DNA of 64,000 nucleotides from an uncultured Verrucomicrobiae bacterium (GTDB taxonomy: Bacteria; Verrucomicrobiota; Verrucomicrobiia; Limisphaerales; Palsa-1400), in contig CAVXRD010000003.1 in the NCBI GenBank assembly GCA_963764165.1, forward strand, positions 704,001-768,000, read 5' to 3'. Position 1 is the stretch's first letter; each line of letters opens with the position of its first letter. The notes under the pieces were generated by a model. It worked only from the letters and a program-made list of their open reading frames with translations. It did no database searches and was not told the origin of the DNA. Shown in pieces: positions 1 to 10,458 of the stretch. Position numbers and translations under genes: made by a program.

Positions 1-1547
1 TGCGTGGTGGCGAGTTCGCTGGCCAAGCCGAGGTCGGACATCATGTAATTCCTCCGCGTGAGGAGTTTTGCGGTGTATAAACGAATGGTGTCATCATCGT
101 AACCGGAGGCGCGCAGGGCTTGGGTGATTTGTTCGGGCGTCAATTGCCCGATCAGGCGCGCCATCCAGCGAGCGTCGTCGAGTGTCATGTCGGCGAAGGC
201 TTTGGTTGGCACCACCGGCGTGTAGCCGACGATTCGCAGGCGGCCGTTGGAGGGCGCGGTGAAGCGAATCGGAAATTCATTCACTTTTTCCCCGTGCCAC
301 GCCATCAGGCCCGACGTTCGCCCAAGTCCCGCTCCAAGGTCCGAAAAATAGTGCTCTAGGTGCGGATTCTTTTTCGGGCCGACGAGCCGCAATTTAGTAT
401 TGTCAAACCGGGTGTCGTAAAAACCAATCCACGCCGCGAGCAAACCAGCGGCCCGCACTTCGCGGCGGTCGGCGTGGTCAAGCTGCGCGTAATCCCACGG
501 GCCGATGCTTTTGACGTGCGCTTCCTTGATTTGCACGTTCGCTGGAGTCGTGACGATGTAATCGATTTTCTTTTCAACCTCGGCCACGAAGTTCGTGCCG
601 TCGAGGAGATGGTGTTTCAATTCGCGTCCGCTCCATCGCGTCCCATCGCGCAGCACCGCCGAGGCAACGTAATCGAACGGATCATGCCAGCCTTGCAGAT
701 TCATCGAATAGACCGGCACCAGCCAAAGCACGGTGAATTTGGTGCGGACGGCCTTGCGCGAATTGAACTCGGTAAAAATCCGGCGGTCATAAGCGACCTT
801 GATGCCGGGGCTGTAATCCGTGGGATCGGAGTGGTAGCCAAGCGCCCAGAAAATCCGCGTGGCAAACGGCTCCGACGATTGCTCGCCAAACTTCAACTTG
901 ACAGACGATCCGTCGCATTGGACTTCGTAGCCGGGGTTCATGCCGGAGGATTCTTTCGGGACGTAGTATTGACAAACCTTGCTTCCGAAGTTCGGCAATG
1001 AAGCGCGGCCGAAACCCGCGCTCAAATCTTCGCCCGCGATATTGATCGGGCGAGACCAGAAGCTATTTGGCAGCGGGTCGCGTTCGCTCAAATCGCCGCC
1101 TTGGCCGGGGACCAAGTCGGCGGCTGGCGTCTTGCCCACACCAATAGGCCGGTGGAGCTGCTTGGCGAAGGTGGGAAACATGACCGCGTCGAAATGCGGC
1201 AGTACGGTGGGGCGCTCAAGATTGTTGACGGCAAGCACGACTTCCAGCAAATCGCGTTCGGCCTTTTGTCGCGCGGGCGAATCGGGAGTGGCGAGAATGG
1301 ATTTGGCCAACAGGCTGATTTCCGCCAGGCCGCGGCGCTCGTGTTTGGATTCGTCATCTGGCTGAGCTAGCGCGTTATCCACTTTCGCCTTAAGTTGGCG
1401 GATGTCGGCGTCATTCTCCGGGACGAACGCCACCGCGAGTCCGGGTATTCGCAATTCGTACTTCTGATGGAAATCGATCGGCGCGGCAAAGACATCCCGC
1501 TGCGCCGCGCAAAATGCTAGAACCAACAGCCACCTTATCTTTGGCAT
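1..1547 (-). CDS. Secreted hypothetical protein with atypical-kinase-like motifs (3' end runs off the window)
   Basis: Not in the ORF track because it has no stop in the window. Manual translation from ATG 1547 gives an open frame of at least 515 aa: signal-like MPKIRWLLVLAFCAAQ, then VKLKFGE..SEPFATRIFWALGY, AAWIGFYDTRFDNTK, YFSDLGAGLG, DDARWMARLIGQL. Confidence 0.75.
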   Translation of the reverse strand, partial: MPKIRWLLVLAFCAAQRDVFAAPIDFHQKYELRIPGLAVAFVPENDADIRQLKAKVDNALAQPDDESKHERRGLAEISLLAKSILATPDSPARQKAERDLLEVVLAVNNLERPTVLPHFDAVMFPTFAKQLHRPIGVGKTPAADLVPGQGGDLSERDPLPNSFWSRPINIAGEDLSAGFGRASLPNFGSKVCQYYVPKESSGMNPGYEVQCDGSSVKLKFGEQSSEPFATRIFWALGYHSDPTDYSPGIKVAYDRRIFTEFNSRKAVRTKFTVLWLVPVYSMNLQGWHDPFDYVASAVLRDGTRWSGRELKHHLLDGTNFVAEVEKKIDYIVTTPANVQIKEAHVKSIGPWDYAQLDHADRREVRAAGLLAAWIGFYDTRFDNTKLRLVGPKKNPHLEHYFSDLGAGLGRTSGLMAWHGEKVNEFPIRFTAPSNGRLRIVGYTPVVPTKAFADMTLDDARWMARLIGQLTPEQITQALRASGYDDDTIRLYTAKLLTRRNYMMSDLGLASELATT

Positions 1548-1611
1548 ACACGCGCAGAATGCGCGGTTCGCTTCAGAGGGGAAATGAGGTGTTTTACCCG
1601 TAGGTCCCGTG

Positions 1612-1911
1612 GCAGGGACGCCTCGCCGAGGCGTCCCTGGGTGTGATTGAAAGCGGGTGATGGATGCAGGCCGACAAGCGCGGCTGTGTCGAAGACCAGC
1701 CGCAGCAACACTCGAACAACCGAAAGCGAATTTGGCTGTGACCACTCCGAAAAACATATCAAAACTTCGGAACTGCGGCTGATGAGCCGTGGAACTCTTT
1801 CTGACCCGCCACTTGTTTCCACGTGGCTGCGGCTGGTCTTCGACACAGCCGCGCTCCGCTCAAAGCGACATCGCACGCCTCACCCACTTTCAATCACACC
1901 CGGCGTCCCTG
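1612..1911. repeat. Nested REP/MITE-like element, copy 1
   Basis: 30-bp IR AGCGCGGCTGTGTCGAAGACCAGCCGCAGC at 1677-1706 and 1826-1855; outer IR GGGTGTGATTGAAA/TTTCAATCACACCC at 1639 and 1901; flanked by GCAGGGACGCC/GGCGTCCCTG palindromic arms; relatives at ~6072-6215 and ~51319-51550. Confidence 0.85.
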
Positions 1912-1963
1912 CTTTGAAATGATTGTGTTAGATATTTCCGGGAGGCGCCCTTAAATTGATCTC

Positions 1964-4900
1964 ATGGCGCATGCCGATTTTGTTCATCTCCATTTGCACA
2001 CCGAGTATTCGCTGCTCGATGGCGCATGCCGTCTGGACACGCTGATGGAAAAGGCGCACGCGCTCCGCTTCCCTGCCCTCGCCATCACCGATCACGGAGT
2101 GATGTATGGCGCCATCGATTTTTACAAAGCAGCGCTGGATAAAGGCATCAAGCCAATCATCGGCTGCGAGATGTATGTCGCGCCCGGCAGCCGGTTGGAA
2201 AAAAAATCCAGCAACGGCGGACGCGATGTGTATCACCATCTCGGCGTGCTGGCGGCGGACGAAACGGGCTACAAGAATTTGGTCAAGCTTGCGACTGCGG
2301 CGCATCTGGAGGGCTACTATTACAAGCCGCGCATCGACAAAGAAATTCTCGCCGCCAACAGCAAAGGGTTGATCGCCCTATCCGGATGCCTCGCGAGCGA
2401 AATTCCTGAACTCATCGTCAAGGACCAACTCGACAAGGCGCGCGAGACGATTGATTGGTACAAGCAAACGCTCGGCGCGGAGAACTTTTTCCTCGAATTG
2501 CAAAATCACGGCATTCCCGAGCAACTCAAGGTCAACAAACATTTGATTCCGTGGGCGAAGGAATTTGGCTTGAAGCTGGTCGCGACAAATGACGTGCATT
2601 ACGTCGAGGAGGAGCATTCGCACGCGCACGATTGCCTCATTTGCATCGGCACGCAGACGCAGTTGGCCGACACCAAGCGGATGCATTATCAGCCGAAGCA
2701 ATTTTATCTGCGCTCGCCCGAGGAAATGAAGGCGCGCTTTGCGGAAGTACCCGAGGCCATTCGCAACACGCTGGAAGTAGCTGAGAAGTGCAACGTCAAA
2801 ATTGAATTCAACAAACTGCACTATCCCGTCTTCGATCCGCCGGGCGGCACATCGCGGGAGCTTTATTTGCGCCAGTTGCTGGCCGAAGGCCTGAATGCGC
2901 GCTATAGCATGCATGCGCGGGCGGAGGGCGAATCCTTTGTCGTGGATGGCATTGATGATCCGGGCAAACTGCCAGGGGTTCCGCAAGGCGCCGCCACGCC
3001 TCCGCCAGAGGAAGTGAAGGCAGGCATGAAATCCGTCATGGACCGCCTCGAAATCGAACTCAAGGTCATCGAGAAAACGGGGTTCATCAGCTACTTTCTC
3101 ATCGTGGGCGACTTTGTGCGTTATGGCCGCAGCAAGGGCGTTTCGTGCGTGGCGCGCGGATCCGCCGCAGGCTCCATCGTCACCTACCTTCTGGAAATTT
3201 CCAACGTCGATCCGATTCGCTACGGGCTGCTGTTCGAACGCTTTCTCAATCCCGAGCGCGTCAATCCGCCGGACATCGACATCGACTTCGCCGATGACCG
3301 GCGCGCGGACGTCATCGAATACGTCCGCGACAAATACGGGCGTGATTGCGTCGCGCAAATCATCACCTTCGGCACGATGGGCGCGAAATCGGTTGTTCGC
3401 GACGTTGGCCGCGTGATGGGCCTTGATTACGCAGCATGCGACCGGTTGGCGAAGATGATTCCGAACGAATTGAAGATGTCGCTTAAAAAGGCGCTCGAGC
3501 AATCGCCGGATTTCAAGGCCGCCTACGAAACCGAAGAGCAGACGCGTGAACTGGTCGACACCGCCTTTGTCCTCGAGGATTTGACGCGCAACGCCTCGGT
3601 GCATGCGGCGGGCGTGGTGATCGGCGACCAGCCGCTGGTCAATTTGCTCCCGCTTAAAAAGGACGAAGACGGCGTGATCGTCACCCAATACGCCATGAAT
3701 CCGGTCGGCGAATTGGGTTTGCTGAAAATGGATTTTCTCGGCCTCAAAACGCTGACGGTCATCCGCAACACCTGCGAACTCGTCAAGCAAGGCCGCGGCA
3801 TTGACATTCCCATCGACGACCTTCCACTGGACGACGCCAAGACTTACGACCTTCTCAACAAGGCACTGACGATTGGAATATTCCAATTGGAATCTGGCGG
3901 CATGCGCGATTTGTGCCGCAAATTTCAGATCAGCTCCGTCGAACACATCACGGCGCTCGTCGCGTTGTATCGCCCTGGCCCGATGGACCTGATTCCAGAC
4001 TTCATCAAGCGCCGCCATGGGGAAGTGACAATTACCTATGAGCATCCCCTGCTTGAATCGATTTCGCGCGAGACATACGGCGTGCTGATTTATCAGGAAC
4101 AGGTCATGCAGGCCGCGCAGTTGCTGGCGGGCTACACGCTGGGCGGCGCGGATTTGCTGCGCCGCGCGATGGGCAAGAAGAAGCTCGAGGAAATGGCCAA
4201 GCAGCGTGAGAAATTCGTGAGCGGCTGCGCCAAGGTCAACAATATCCCGGCGGCCAAGGCCAATTCGATTTTCGACTTGCTGGAAAAATTCGCCGGTTAC
4301 GGCTTCAACAAATCGCACGCCGCCGCCTACGCCATCGTCGCCTACCAGACCGCGTGGCTGAAGGCCAATTATCCCGTTGAATTCCTCAGCGCGATGATGA
4401 CCAACGACATGGGCGACACCGCGAAGCTGGGCATCCTCATCGGGGAAGCGCGGCATTTTGAGGTCGAAGTGCTGCCGCCCAACGTCAACGAGAGCAACGT
4501 TTTCTTTACCCCGACCCGCAAGGACGCCGCCGATGAAAAAGGCGCCATTCGTTTCGGACTGGCGGCGATCAAGGGCGTTGGTGAAGTGGCGGTGCAAAAT
4601 ATTCTAGCGGCGCGCGCCACCGGAAAATTCGCCTCGCTGGCGGAACTTTGCGAACGGGTCGACGGCCGCACTGTCAACAGGAAGGTTCTTGAAGCGCTGA
4701 TCAAATCGGGCGCGTGCGATTGTTTCGGCGAGACACGGGCGACGATGTTCGCCAAGATTGACCGCGTGCTCGGGCTTGCGGCGGGAATTATTCAAGACAG
4801 GCGAAGTGGACAGGCGACCATGTTTGGCCAACTGGAGGAAAGCACCAAAAAAAGCGTCGAACCGGAGGCGCAATTGCCCGAATGGCCAGAGCACGAATTG

Positions 4901-5593
4901 CTGGCGCAGGAAAAGGAGCTGCTTGGATTTTATGTGACAGGCCACCCCCTCACGCCTTACGCCTCAATCCTCGAAAAATACGCGCTGCATGCGACAAACC
5001 AGCTCGCCGGGCTGGCGAATCGCGCGATGACGCGCATCGGTGGCATTGTGGTGGACGCGCAAAAAGGCATCTCAAAGAAAAGCGGCAAGCCCTACGCGAT
5101 GGTGACGCTGGAGGATTTGGAAGGAACGGTTCAAATCCTTTGCATCAATGAAAATTACGACAAGTTCAACTCAATGCTCGTTCCAAAAAAAGCGCTTCTC
5201 GTCACAGGCGAAGTAAATCTCGGCGAAGACAAGCCGAAGATTTTCCCCGTCGACATGATGGCCTTGGAGGAGGCGCCCGGTGCTTTCACCAAGCAGGTCC
5301 ATCTGCGATTGCAGGTGGCGCGATTGAAGGCGGCGGATTTGGAGGAAGTCCGGCAGTTGGTCACAGCATTCCCCGGAAAATGCCCCTTATTCCTTTGCAT
5401 GAAGTGGCCGGGGGGGGAGCTGGCCTTTGTGGAATGCCACGAGAAATTTCGCGTGAAAGCGTCGTGGGATTTGCAAAAGGCCGTCGACGAACGCTTCGGC
5501 GAAGCGACTTACTACGCCAAAGTGGATGCTTCTCTCCCACAGCGCGAACAGCGCCGGTGGGAGAAGAAGAGCGGAAACGGCAGCGGCGATTAG
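1964..5593 (+). CDS. dnaE: DNA polymerase III alpha subunit
   Basis: PHP motif [49 protein letters not shown]-terminal OB fold; 1209 aa. Confidence 0.99.
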   Translation: MAHADFVHLHLHTEYSLLDGACRLDTLMEKAHALRFPALAITDHGVMYGAIDFYKAALDKGIKPIIGCEMYVAPGSRLEKKSSNGGRDVYHHLGVLAADETGYKNLVKLATAAHLEGYYYKPRIDKEILAANSKGLIALSGCLASEIPELIVKDQLDKARETIDWYKQTLGAENFFLELQNHGIPEQLKVNKHLIPWAKEFGLKLVATNDVHYVEEEHSHAHDCLICIGTQTQLADTKRMHYQPKQFYLRSPEEMKARFAEVPEAIRNTLEVAEKCNVKIEFNKLHYPVFDPPGGTSRELYLRQLLAEGLNARYSMHARAEGESFVVDGIDDPGKLPGVPQGAATPPPEEVKAGMKSVMDRLEIELKVIEKTGFISYFLIVGDFVRYGRSKGVSCVARGSAAGSIVTYLLEISNVDPIRYGLLFERFLNPERVNPPDIDIDFADDRRADVIEYVRDKYGRDCVAQIITFGTMGAKSVVRDVGRVMGLDYAACDRLAKMIPNELKMSLKKALEQSPDFKAAYETEEQTRELVDTAFVLEDLTRNASVHAAGVVIGDQPLVNLLPLKKDEDGVIVTQYAMNPVGELGLLKMDFLGLKTLTVIRNTCELVKQGRGIDIPIDDLPLDDAKTYDLLNKALTIGIFQLESGGMRDLCRKFQISSVEHITALVALYRPGPMDLIPDFIKRRHGEVTITYEHPLLESISRETYGVLIYQEQVMQAAQLLAGYTLGGADLLRRAMGKKKLEEMAKQREKFVSGCAKVNNIPAAKANSIFDLLEKFAGYGFNKSHAAAYAIVAYQTAWLKANYPVEFLSAMMTNDMGDTAKLGILIGEARHFEVEVLPPNVNESNVFFTPTRKDAADEKGAIRFGLAAIKGVGEVAVQNILAARATGKFASLAELCERVDGRTVNRKVLEALIKSGACDCFGETRATMFAKIDRVLGLAAGIIQDRRSGQATMFGQLEESTKKSVEPEAQLPEWPEHELLAQEKELLGFYVTGHPLTPYASILEKYALHATNQLAGLANRAMTRIGGIVVDAQKGISKKSGKPYAMVTLEDLEGTVQILCINENYDKFNSMLVPKKALLVTGEVNLGEDKPKIFPVDMMALEEAPGAFTKQVHLRLQVARLKAADLEEVRQLVTAFPGKCPLFLCMKWPGGELAFVECHEKFRVKASWDLQKAVDERFGEATYYAKVDASLPQREQRRWEKKSGNGSGD

Positions 5594-5976
5594 GATCCTT
5601 TTTCGGTCTTTTCGCCAGCGGTCTTCCAGCCTTGGATGCCGGCAACCAGATGCTTGACGTTCTTATAACCAAGCTTCTTGGCGGCGACAGCGGCTTCGTG
5701 ATAGGCGGGGCACTGCGGATTTCCGCAATACGCCACGACCAGGACATCCTTATCCTTCGGCAGGACGTCGGCCAGTTTGTCCTGCTTTTCCGCGAAGTTG
5801 ATCGCGCCCGGGATGTGGCCGGATTTGAACGATTCAGAGCCATTCGCATCAAGCAGAACGATTTTGTGGGAAGCCATCTCGGCCTTCAGGTCGGAGATGG
5901 AGATGTCGGGGAATTCAGACGCATAAACGCCGACCGCGACAATCAATGAGGCTGCAAGCACAAGTAATTTTTTCAT
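5590..5976 (-). CDS. Secreted rhodanese-like domain protein
   Basis: Likely start MKKLLVLAASL (signal peptide) at 5976; LLDAN..F.SGHIPGA, YCGNPQC loop, LVAGIQGW. Confidence 0.88.
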   Translation of the reverse strand: MKKLLVLAASLIVAVGVYASEFPDISISDLKAEMASHKIVLLDANGSESFKSGHIPGAINFAEKQDKLADVLPKDKDVLVVAYCGNPQCPAYHEAAVAAKKLGYKNVKHLVAGIQGWKTAGEKTEKGS

Positions 5977-6071
5977 AATCAGATTAGATAACGGACAACA
6001 ATTGCACCGGCACACTAATACAAAGCGGCGCATTTTGCAACCACGAACGCGCGACCGGCTCGCGGGCGAGT

Positions 6072-6215
6072 GGTTGTGATCAAACGTGGGTGATGCGTGC
6101 AAGCAATCAGTCGGAGCGCGGCTGCGTTGAAGACCAGCCGCGGCCATGTGGAATTGACTGGCGCACCCGGCGCCGCGTCGCGCTGGGGCTGGTCTTCGAC
6201 ACGGCCGTATCTCCG
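6072..6215. repeat. REP/MITE-like element, copy 2 (degenerate, short core)
   Basis: GGAGCGCGGCTGCGTTGAAGACCAGCCGCGGC ... GGGGCTGGTCTTCGACACGGCCG, preceded by GGTTGTGATCAAA resembling the outer arm of copy 1. Confidence 0.75.
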
Positions 6216-6226
6216 ACGCTGGCGGA

Positions 6227-6706
6227 TTATAAAACGGAAATAATCCGGTATTTAGCCACCGATCCGCTGACCTTGGCGGTCCAGCCCTGGCCCGCGATTT
6301 TGCCCACCAGATTTTGTCCCAGCGGCGATTGCGGTGTGATGACGGTGATTTCTTTGTGACGATGCTCGATTTCCAACCCGCCGCTCTTTGGGCCAATAAA
6401 ATAAAACGAGCGGGCTCCCCCGCTGTCCAATTCCACCAATGCCGTCATGTCGATGGGGTCATCAGCGGCGAAGGTCTGGGGAGTGAGAACCTCGTAGATT
6501 TTGATGGCATCGAGAATCTCCTTTGCCTGCCGTGCCTGGCCACCCGCGAGATATGCCGCCTCGAGGCCGCGCGTGTCGTATTTGCTTTCGGCTTTGCTGC
6601 TTTCGTGGGTGGCTTCTGCGTGGGAGGCCCGCGCCGCTTTGTCCAGCACGGCGAGCTTTTCCGCCAGGCTGGCCACGATCTGTTTTATCAGTGCGGATTT
6701 TTCCAT
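6227..6706 (-). CDS. GreA/GreB-family transcription elongation factor-like protein
   Basis: Coiled-coil N-terminus with SKAESKYDTRGLEAAYLA; C-terminal ITVITPQSPLGQNLVGK. Confidence 0.85.
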   Translation of the reverse strand: MEKSALIKQIVASLAEKLAVLDKAARASHAEATHESSKAESKYDTRGLEAAYLAGGQARQAKEILDAIKIYEVLTPQTFAADDPIDMTALVELDSGGARSFYFIGPKSGGLEIEHRHKEITVITPQSPLGQNLVGKIAGQGWTAKVSGSVAKYRIISVL

Positions 6707-6891
6707 TTCAAATTCAGGCTGTCAGCGTAGACCAATTTAATGCCAGTGACAAACGGCAATGCGTCTATCAATCACTGTCGGAACATCGCACCCATCTCCG
6801 CCATTGCGATCTGCACGGGAATCGGTTTTTCGAATTGTTTTTCCGAGTTTTCGATTGACGGAATATCATCACCTGTGGATACTTTCGCGCG

Positions 6892-8022
6892 GTGAGAGCC
6901 GCTGGCAAATTCAAAAGCTGCGCTTCCAGGGAGTCGAATTCCGTGGCAAAAGAGGCATTGTCGTCCCCAGATTTCAGGAGCAACTCGGGCGCAACCTCGC
7001 TGGTGACTGGAGCAGCCGGATTTATTGGATCACATGTGGCGGCTGAACTGGTTCGATTGGGTCACCGAGTCGTTGGGTTGGATGACTTATCGGGCGGCCA
7101 CCGCGAAAATGTTCCTCCCGGGGTCCATTTCATCGAAGGCTCAATCAACGACACAGAGTTAATTCCCGAGTTATTTGCCAAGCACCGGTTTGATTTCGTC
7201 TTTCATTTGGCGGCCTATGCGACCGAGGGGTTGAGCCATTTCATCCGCATGTTTAACTACCGGGAGAACCTCCTCGGCAGCGTTAATCTCATCAACGCGT
7301 CGGTTAATGCGGGAACCGTTCAATGTTTTGTCTTTGCGTCGTCCGCCGCTGTCTACGGGAGGCTGCCGGCGCCGATGACCGAAGGCATGCCTCCCTGCCC
7401 TGCCGATCCCTATGCGGTGGCGAAGTATGCGGTGGAGCTGGACTTGGCGGCTGCCCGTGAGGTTTTCGGCCTGCAATCTATTTTATTCCGATTCCACAAC
7501 GTCTATGGAGAGCGCCAAAATTTCGGCGACCGTTATCGCAACGTCATTGGCATCTTCATGAAACAAGTGATGGAGGGACGCCCGGTCACCATCTTTGGAG
7601 ACGGATTGCAGAAGCGGGCTTTCACGCATATCTCCGACGTCGCGCCGATCATGGCCGCTTCGATCTCCCGGCCGGGCGCTTACAATCAAATATTTAATCT
7701 CGGCTCGGATGAACTCACTTCCGTTCTGGATTTGGCTGGTTACGTGTGCCAGGCCATGGGAGTGCCGAGAAGTGTTGAACACCTGCCCGAGCGCCATGAG
7801 ATTCGCGACGTTTATTGCGCGCATGACAAGGCGCGAAAGCATTTTGGCGACTTGATTCAGAATGTCCCCTTGGAATCAGGGCTCTCGCAAATGGCGGGCT
7901 GGATCAAGCAAACCCAGGTCCGATTAAGCGAGCAGTTCCGGCAGGTCGAGATAGAAAAACAGATGCCCGCTTCCTGGCTGCGTCCGCCCGAAATGACCCA
8001 ACGCACTGCGCAGTCCGCATGA
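6892..8022 (+). CDS. NAD-dependent NDP-sugar epimerase/dehydratase (extended SDR, TunA-like)
   Basis: TGAAGFIG, HLAAYATEGLSH, ASSAAVYG, YAVAK, HNVYG; start codon uncertain. Confidence 0.92.
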   Translation: MRAAGKFKSCASRESNSVAKEALSSPDFRSNSGATSLVTGAAGFIGSHVAAELVRLGHRVVGLDDLSGGHRENVPPGVHFIEGSINDTELIPELFAKHRFDFVFHLAAYATEGLSHFIRMFNYRENLLGSVNLINASVNAGTVQCFVFASSAAVYGRLPAPMTEGMPPCPADPYAVAKYAVELDLAAAREVFGLQSILFRFHNVYGERQNFGDRYRNVIGIFMKQVMEGRPVTIFGDGLQKRAFTHISDVAPIMAASISRPGAYNQIFNLGSDELTSVLDLAGYVCQAMGVPRSVEHLPERHEIRDVYCAHDKARKHFGDLIQNVPLESGLSQMAGWIKQTQVRLSEQFRQVEIEKQMPASWLRPPEMTQRTAQSA

Positions 8023-8831
8023 TTTCGGAGTATGACAAGCCAGTCTTGAAGGAGATGCGGGCGCCAAGCGCCGCGGCCCGGTTTCCGGCGTTTTCGCCGA
8101 AAGCCCAATTATGCGGCATTGCTTACAGTTGCGGCACGATTGATGACTTTCAGCGGGACATTTCCAAGTGGCTTCGCGGAGACCGATCCGCTGGTGTGGT
8201 GGTGAGTTATGTCAATCCGCACGTCTTCAATCTCGCGAAGAAACACGATTGCGTTCGGGAATTGCTGGACAAGGCCGATATAGTCTCGGTGGACGGAGTC
8301 GGCTTCGCCGTGGCGGCTTGGTTGAGAAACGGCAGGCGCCAGAGCAGGACTGTGATGACGCCCCTTTTCGACCGCGTTCTGGAAGATGCTGATCTGCCCC
8401 GCCTGCCAGCCGTTCTTCTCGGAGGCTCCGGCGAAGCATCCAAGAAAGGCGCCGCTGGCATAAACCGGCTTAGCCGAAACATGCAGGTCACCGCCGCCAT
8501 CGACGGATATCAGCCATTGCCGCGCTACATCGATTTTTTGCGAGAGCATTCCACCGTCGATGTGATCCTGGTGGGAATGGGAACACCGCGCTCGGAAGAG
8601 CTGATACTTGAGGCAAGCGCGATGTTTCCCGGGAAACTTTTTTGGAACATCGGAGGAGGCACCCTGCAATTCTACGCAGGCACTCTGCTCCGGGTTCCGA
8701 AAATCGTCAGCAAACTTTGCCTCCAATGGTTTTGGAGAATGTTATTTGAACCGCGCCTCGTGCCGCGATACGTCATTGGACTTCCGGTTTTCGCCGGGCA
8801 TCTGTTAAGAACTCAACCTGCACACAAATAA
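8019..8831 (+). CDS. WecB/TagA/CpsF (GT26) glycosyltransferase
   Basis: SYVNPH, ADIVSVDGVG, ILVGMGTPRSE, IGGGTLQF, LQWFWRMLFEPR; ATGA overlap with the upstream gene. Confidence 0.9.
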   Translation: MISEYDKPVLKEMRAPSAAARFPAFSPKAQLCGIAYSCGTIDDFQRDISKWLRGDRSAGVVVSYVNPHVFNLAKKHDCVRELLDKADIVSVDGVGFAVAAWLRNGRRQSRTVMTPLFDRVLEDADLPRLPAVLLGGSGEASKKGAAGINRLSRNMQVTAAIDGYQPLPRYIDFLREHSTVDVILVGMGTPRSEELILEASAMFPGKLFWNIGGGTLQFYAGTLLRVPKIVSKLCLQWFWRMLFEPRLVPRYVIGLPVFAGHLLRTQPAHK

Positions 8832-8845
8832 AAAGGAGACTGATT

Positions 8846-10438
8846 ATGACAACTGTCTTGATTGCCAACCCTGCTCTGCGATTCGACCTCGACGATGGAG
8901 GCGAGCGATACTTTTTCGGCGCCGGCTGCCGGTTTCCGTGGTCGCTGCGCAAGGAAAAGGAAAGCTTTCCGCGCTTCGCCATGTTTCCGTTCTTCCTCGG
9001 ATACACCGCCGCGATCCTCGAGCGCGACGGTTTCAACGTGAAAGCCATCGATGGCGTTCCGCTCAACCTGCCGTATTCGGAATTCGTGAAGAGAGCCGAG
9101 GAAGTGAAACCGGATTTGATTTTGTTCGAGCCCGCCACGCCCGCGATTAACCGTATCAGCGAAATTGCCAAGGACCTGGCCAAGCGAACGGGCGCGAAAA
9201 TCGCCTTTGCCGGATCGCACGTCACGACCTTCTCGAAGGATGTGCTGGCCGAGCATCCGCATGTGGACTTCGTGATGATCGGGGAGTACGAGACTTCCGT
9301 GCTGGGATTGGCCCGGCGAATTCGCGACGGCCAGAGCCTGGACGGACTTCTCGGCATTGCCTATCGCGGCGCGGACGGCAAAATGTGCGGCGGCCAGCGC
9401 GCTCCGGAAATTGATGTGGACATCCTGCCGAAGCCTGCCCGCCATATGTTCCCGTCTTATTTCAACAACGATCTCAGCAAATACCATGACGGCTTCTGCC
9501 AGCATCGGCCCGCCATTCAATTGCACTCCAGCCGCGGATGCCCGTTCCGCTGCAATTTCTGCCTTTGGATTCAAGTCATGTATAACAACGGCAAGCATCG
9601 CGGCTTCGCGCCGGAGCGCATTGTCGATGAAATGATCGAGGCGCGGGACAAATACGGCGCCAAGGAAATTTATTTTGACGATGACGATTTCACGGTGCGC
9701 AAAGAGCACGTCTTCGCCCTCTGCGATGAAATCGAGCGGCGCAAGGTTGGCCTCCCCTGGTCGGTCATGGGTGATGCCATGGCCACGGAAATTGAGACGC
9801 TGGAGCGGATGGCGAAAGCTGGCTGCATCGGCATGAAGTTCGGATTGGAAAGCGCCGATCCCGCCGTGCTGAAGCGCATCGGAAAACCGATCAAATTGGA
9901 TCGCGTGGAAAAGGTGGCCACCACCGCGCAGCGCCTCGGCATCAAAACCCACATGACGGTCATGTTCGGGCTATCCGGCGAAACGCATGAAAGCATCGAG
10001 AAAACATTTGAATTTGCCTGCAAGCTTGACGTCGATTCCGTCCAGTTCAGCGTGGCGACGCCCTATCCGGGCACGCGGTATTATTACGAGCTTAAGGAAG
10101 CCGGGCGTTTGAAGTTCGAGAAATGGGAAGATTTCGACGGGGCCAATAATGCGGTGTTTGAATGGGACGGATTGGATCCTGATTTTGTTGAACGCTTCGA
10201 GGCCAGCGCCCACGGCCGCTGGTTGCGGCATAAATTCAAAAATCCGCGCTGGGTCATGCGGCAGACGCGGTATTTTGCCCGGCTCTGCAAAGGCCAGGGA
10301 GTGGGCGGCCTCTACAAGCGCATGTCTCGCGGATACAGGCTGCTGGTGCAGCCTGATGTTCGCCGTCCCGCCCAGGCTCCGAAGCCCGAGGTGGCGGCAG
10401 CGGCGATGCGCCAGCGCCTGGTCGGACCGCGGCCTTAA
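8846..10438 (+). CDS. Cobalamin-binding domain radical SAM protein
   Basis: N-terminal B12-binding-like domain (LGYTAAILE, FAGSHVT, VMIGEYE), SRGCPFRCNFC, FDDDDF, FGLES, TPYPGT; SD AAGGAG upstream. Confidence 0.93.
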   Translation: MTTVLIANPALRFDLDDGGERYFFGAGCRFPWSLRKEKESFPRFAMFPFFLGYTAAILERDGFNVKAIDGVPLNLPYSEFVKRAEEVKPDLILFEPATPAINRISEIAKDLAKRTGAKIAFAGSHVTTFSKDVLAEHPHVDFVMIGEYETSVLGLARRIRDGQSLDGLLGIAYRGADGKMCGGQRAPEIDVDILPKPARHMFPSYFNNDLSKYHDGFCQHRPAIQLHSSRGCPFRCNFCLWIQVMYNNGKHRGFAPERIVDEMIEARDKYGAKEIYFDDDDFTVRKEHVFALCDEIERRKVGLPWSVMGDAMATEIETLERMAKAGCIGMKFGLESADPAVLKRIGKPIKLDRVEKVATTAQRLGIKTHMTVMFGLSGETHESIEKTFEFACKLDVDSVQFSVATPYPGTRYYYELKEAGRLKFEKWEDFDGANNAVFEWDGLDPDFVERFEASAHGRWLRHKFKNPRWVMRQTRYFARLCKGQGVGGLYKRMSRGYRLLVQPDVRRPAQAPKPEVAAAAMRQRLVGPRP

Positions 10439-10458
10439 ATTTTAGGCATCGCTCGCGC

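Noticed and set aside
360..1370. Plus-strand ORFs in the first 1.4 kb
   Set aside because: Shadows of the long minus-strand gene starting at 1547
1535..1922. Short ORFs containing LRLVFDTAAL / CVEDQP (also near 6090 and 51066-51612)
   Set aside because: Translations of the repeat element's inverted repeats, not genes
2900..3040. Pro/Gly-rich extra segment in DnaE, considered as an intein
   Set aside because: Only ~40 aa, with no Cys/Ser start, His-Asn end or endonuclease motifs; better read as a loop insertion
2378..4597. 739-aa antisense ORF and similar long shadow ORFs (10525-11853, 15074-16360, 28689-30062, 62837-63922)
   Set aside because: They lie opposite well-supported genes, have no motifs, and are expected from high-GC codon bias
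5977..6396. N-terminal extension of the rhodanese ORF in the track
   Set aside because: It overlaps the GreA-like gene and a REP element; the signal peptide starts at 5976
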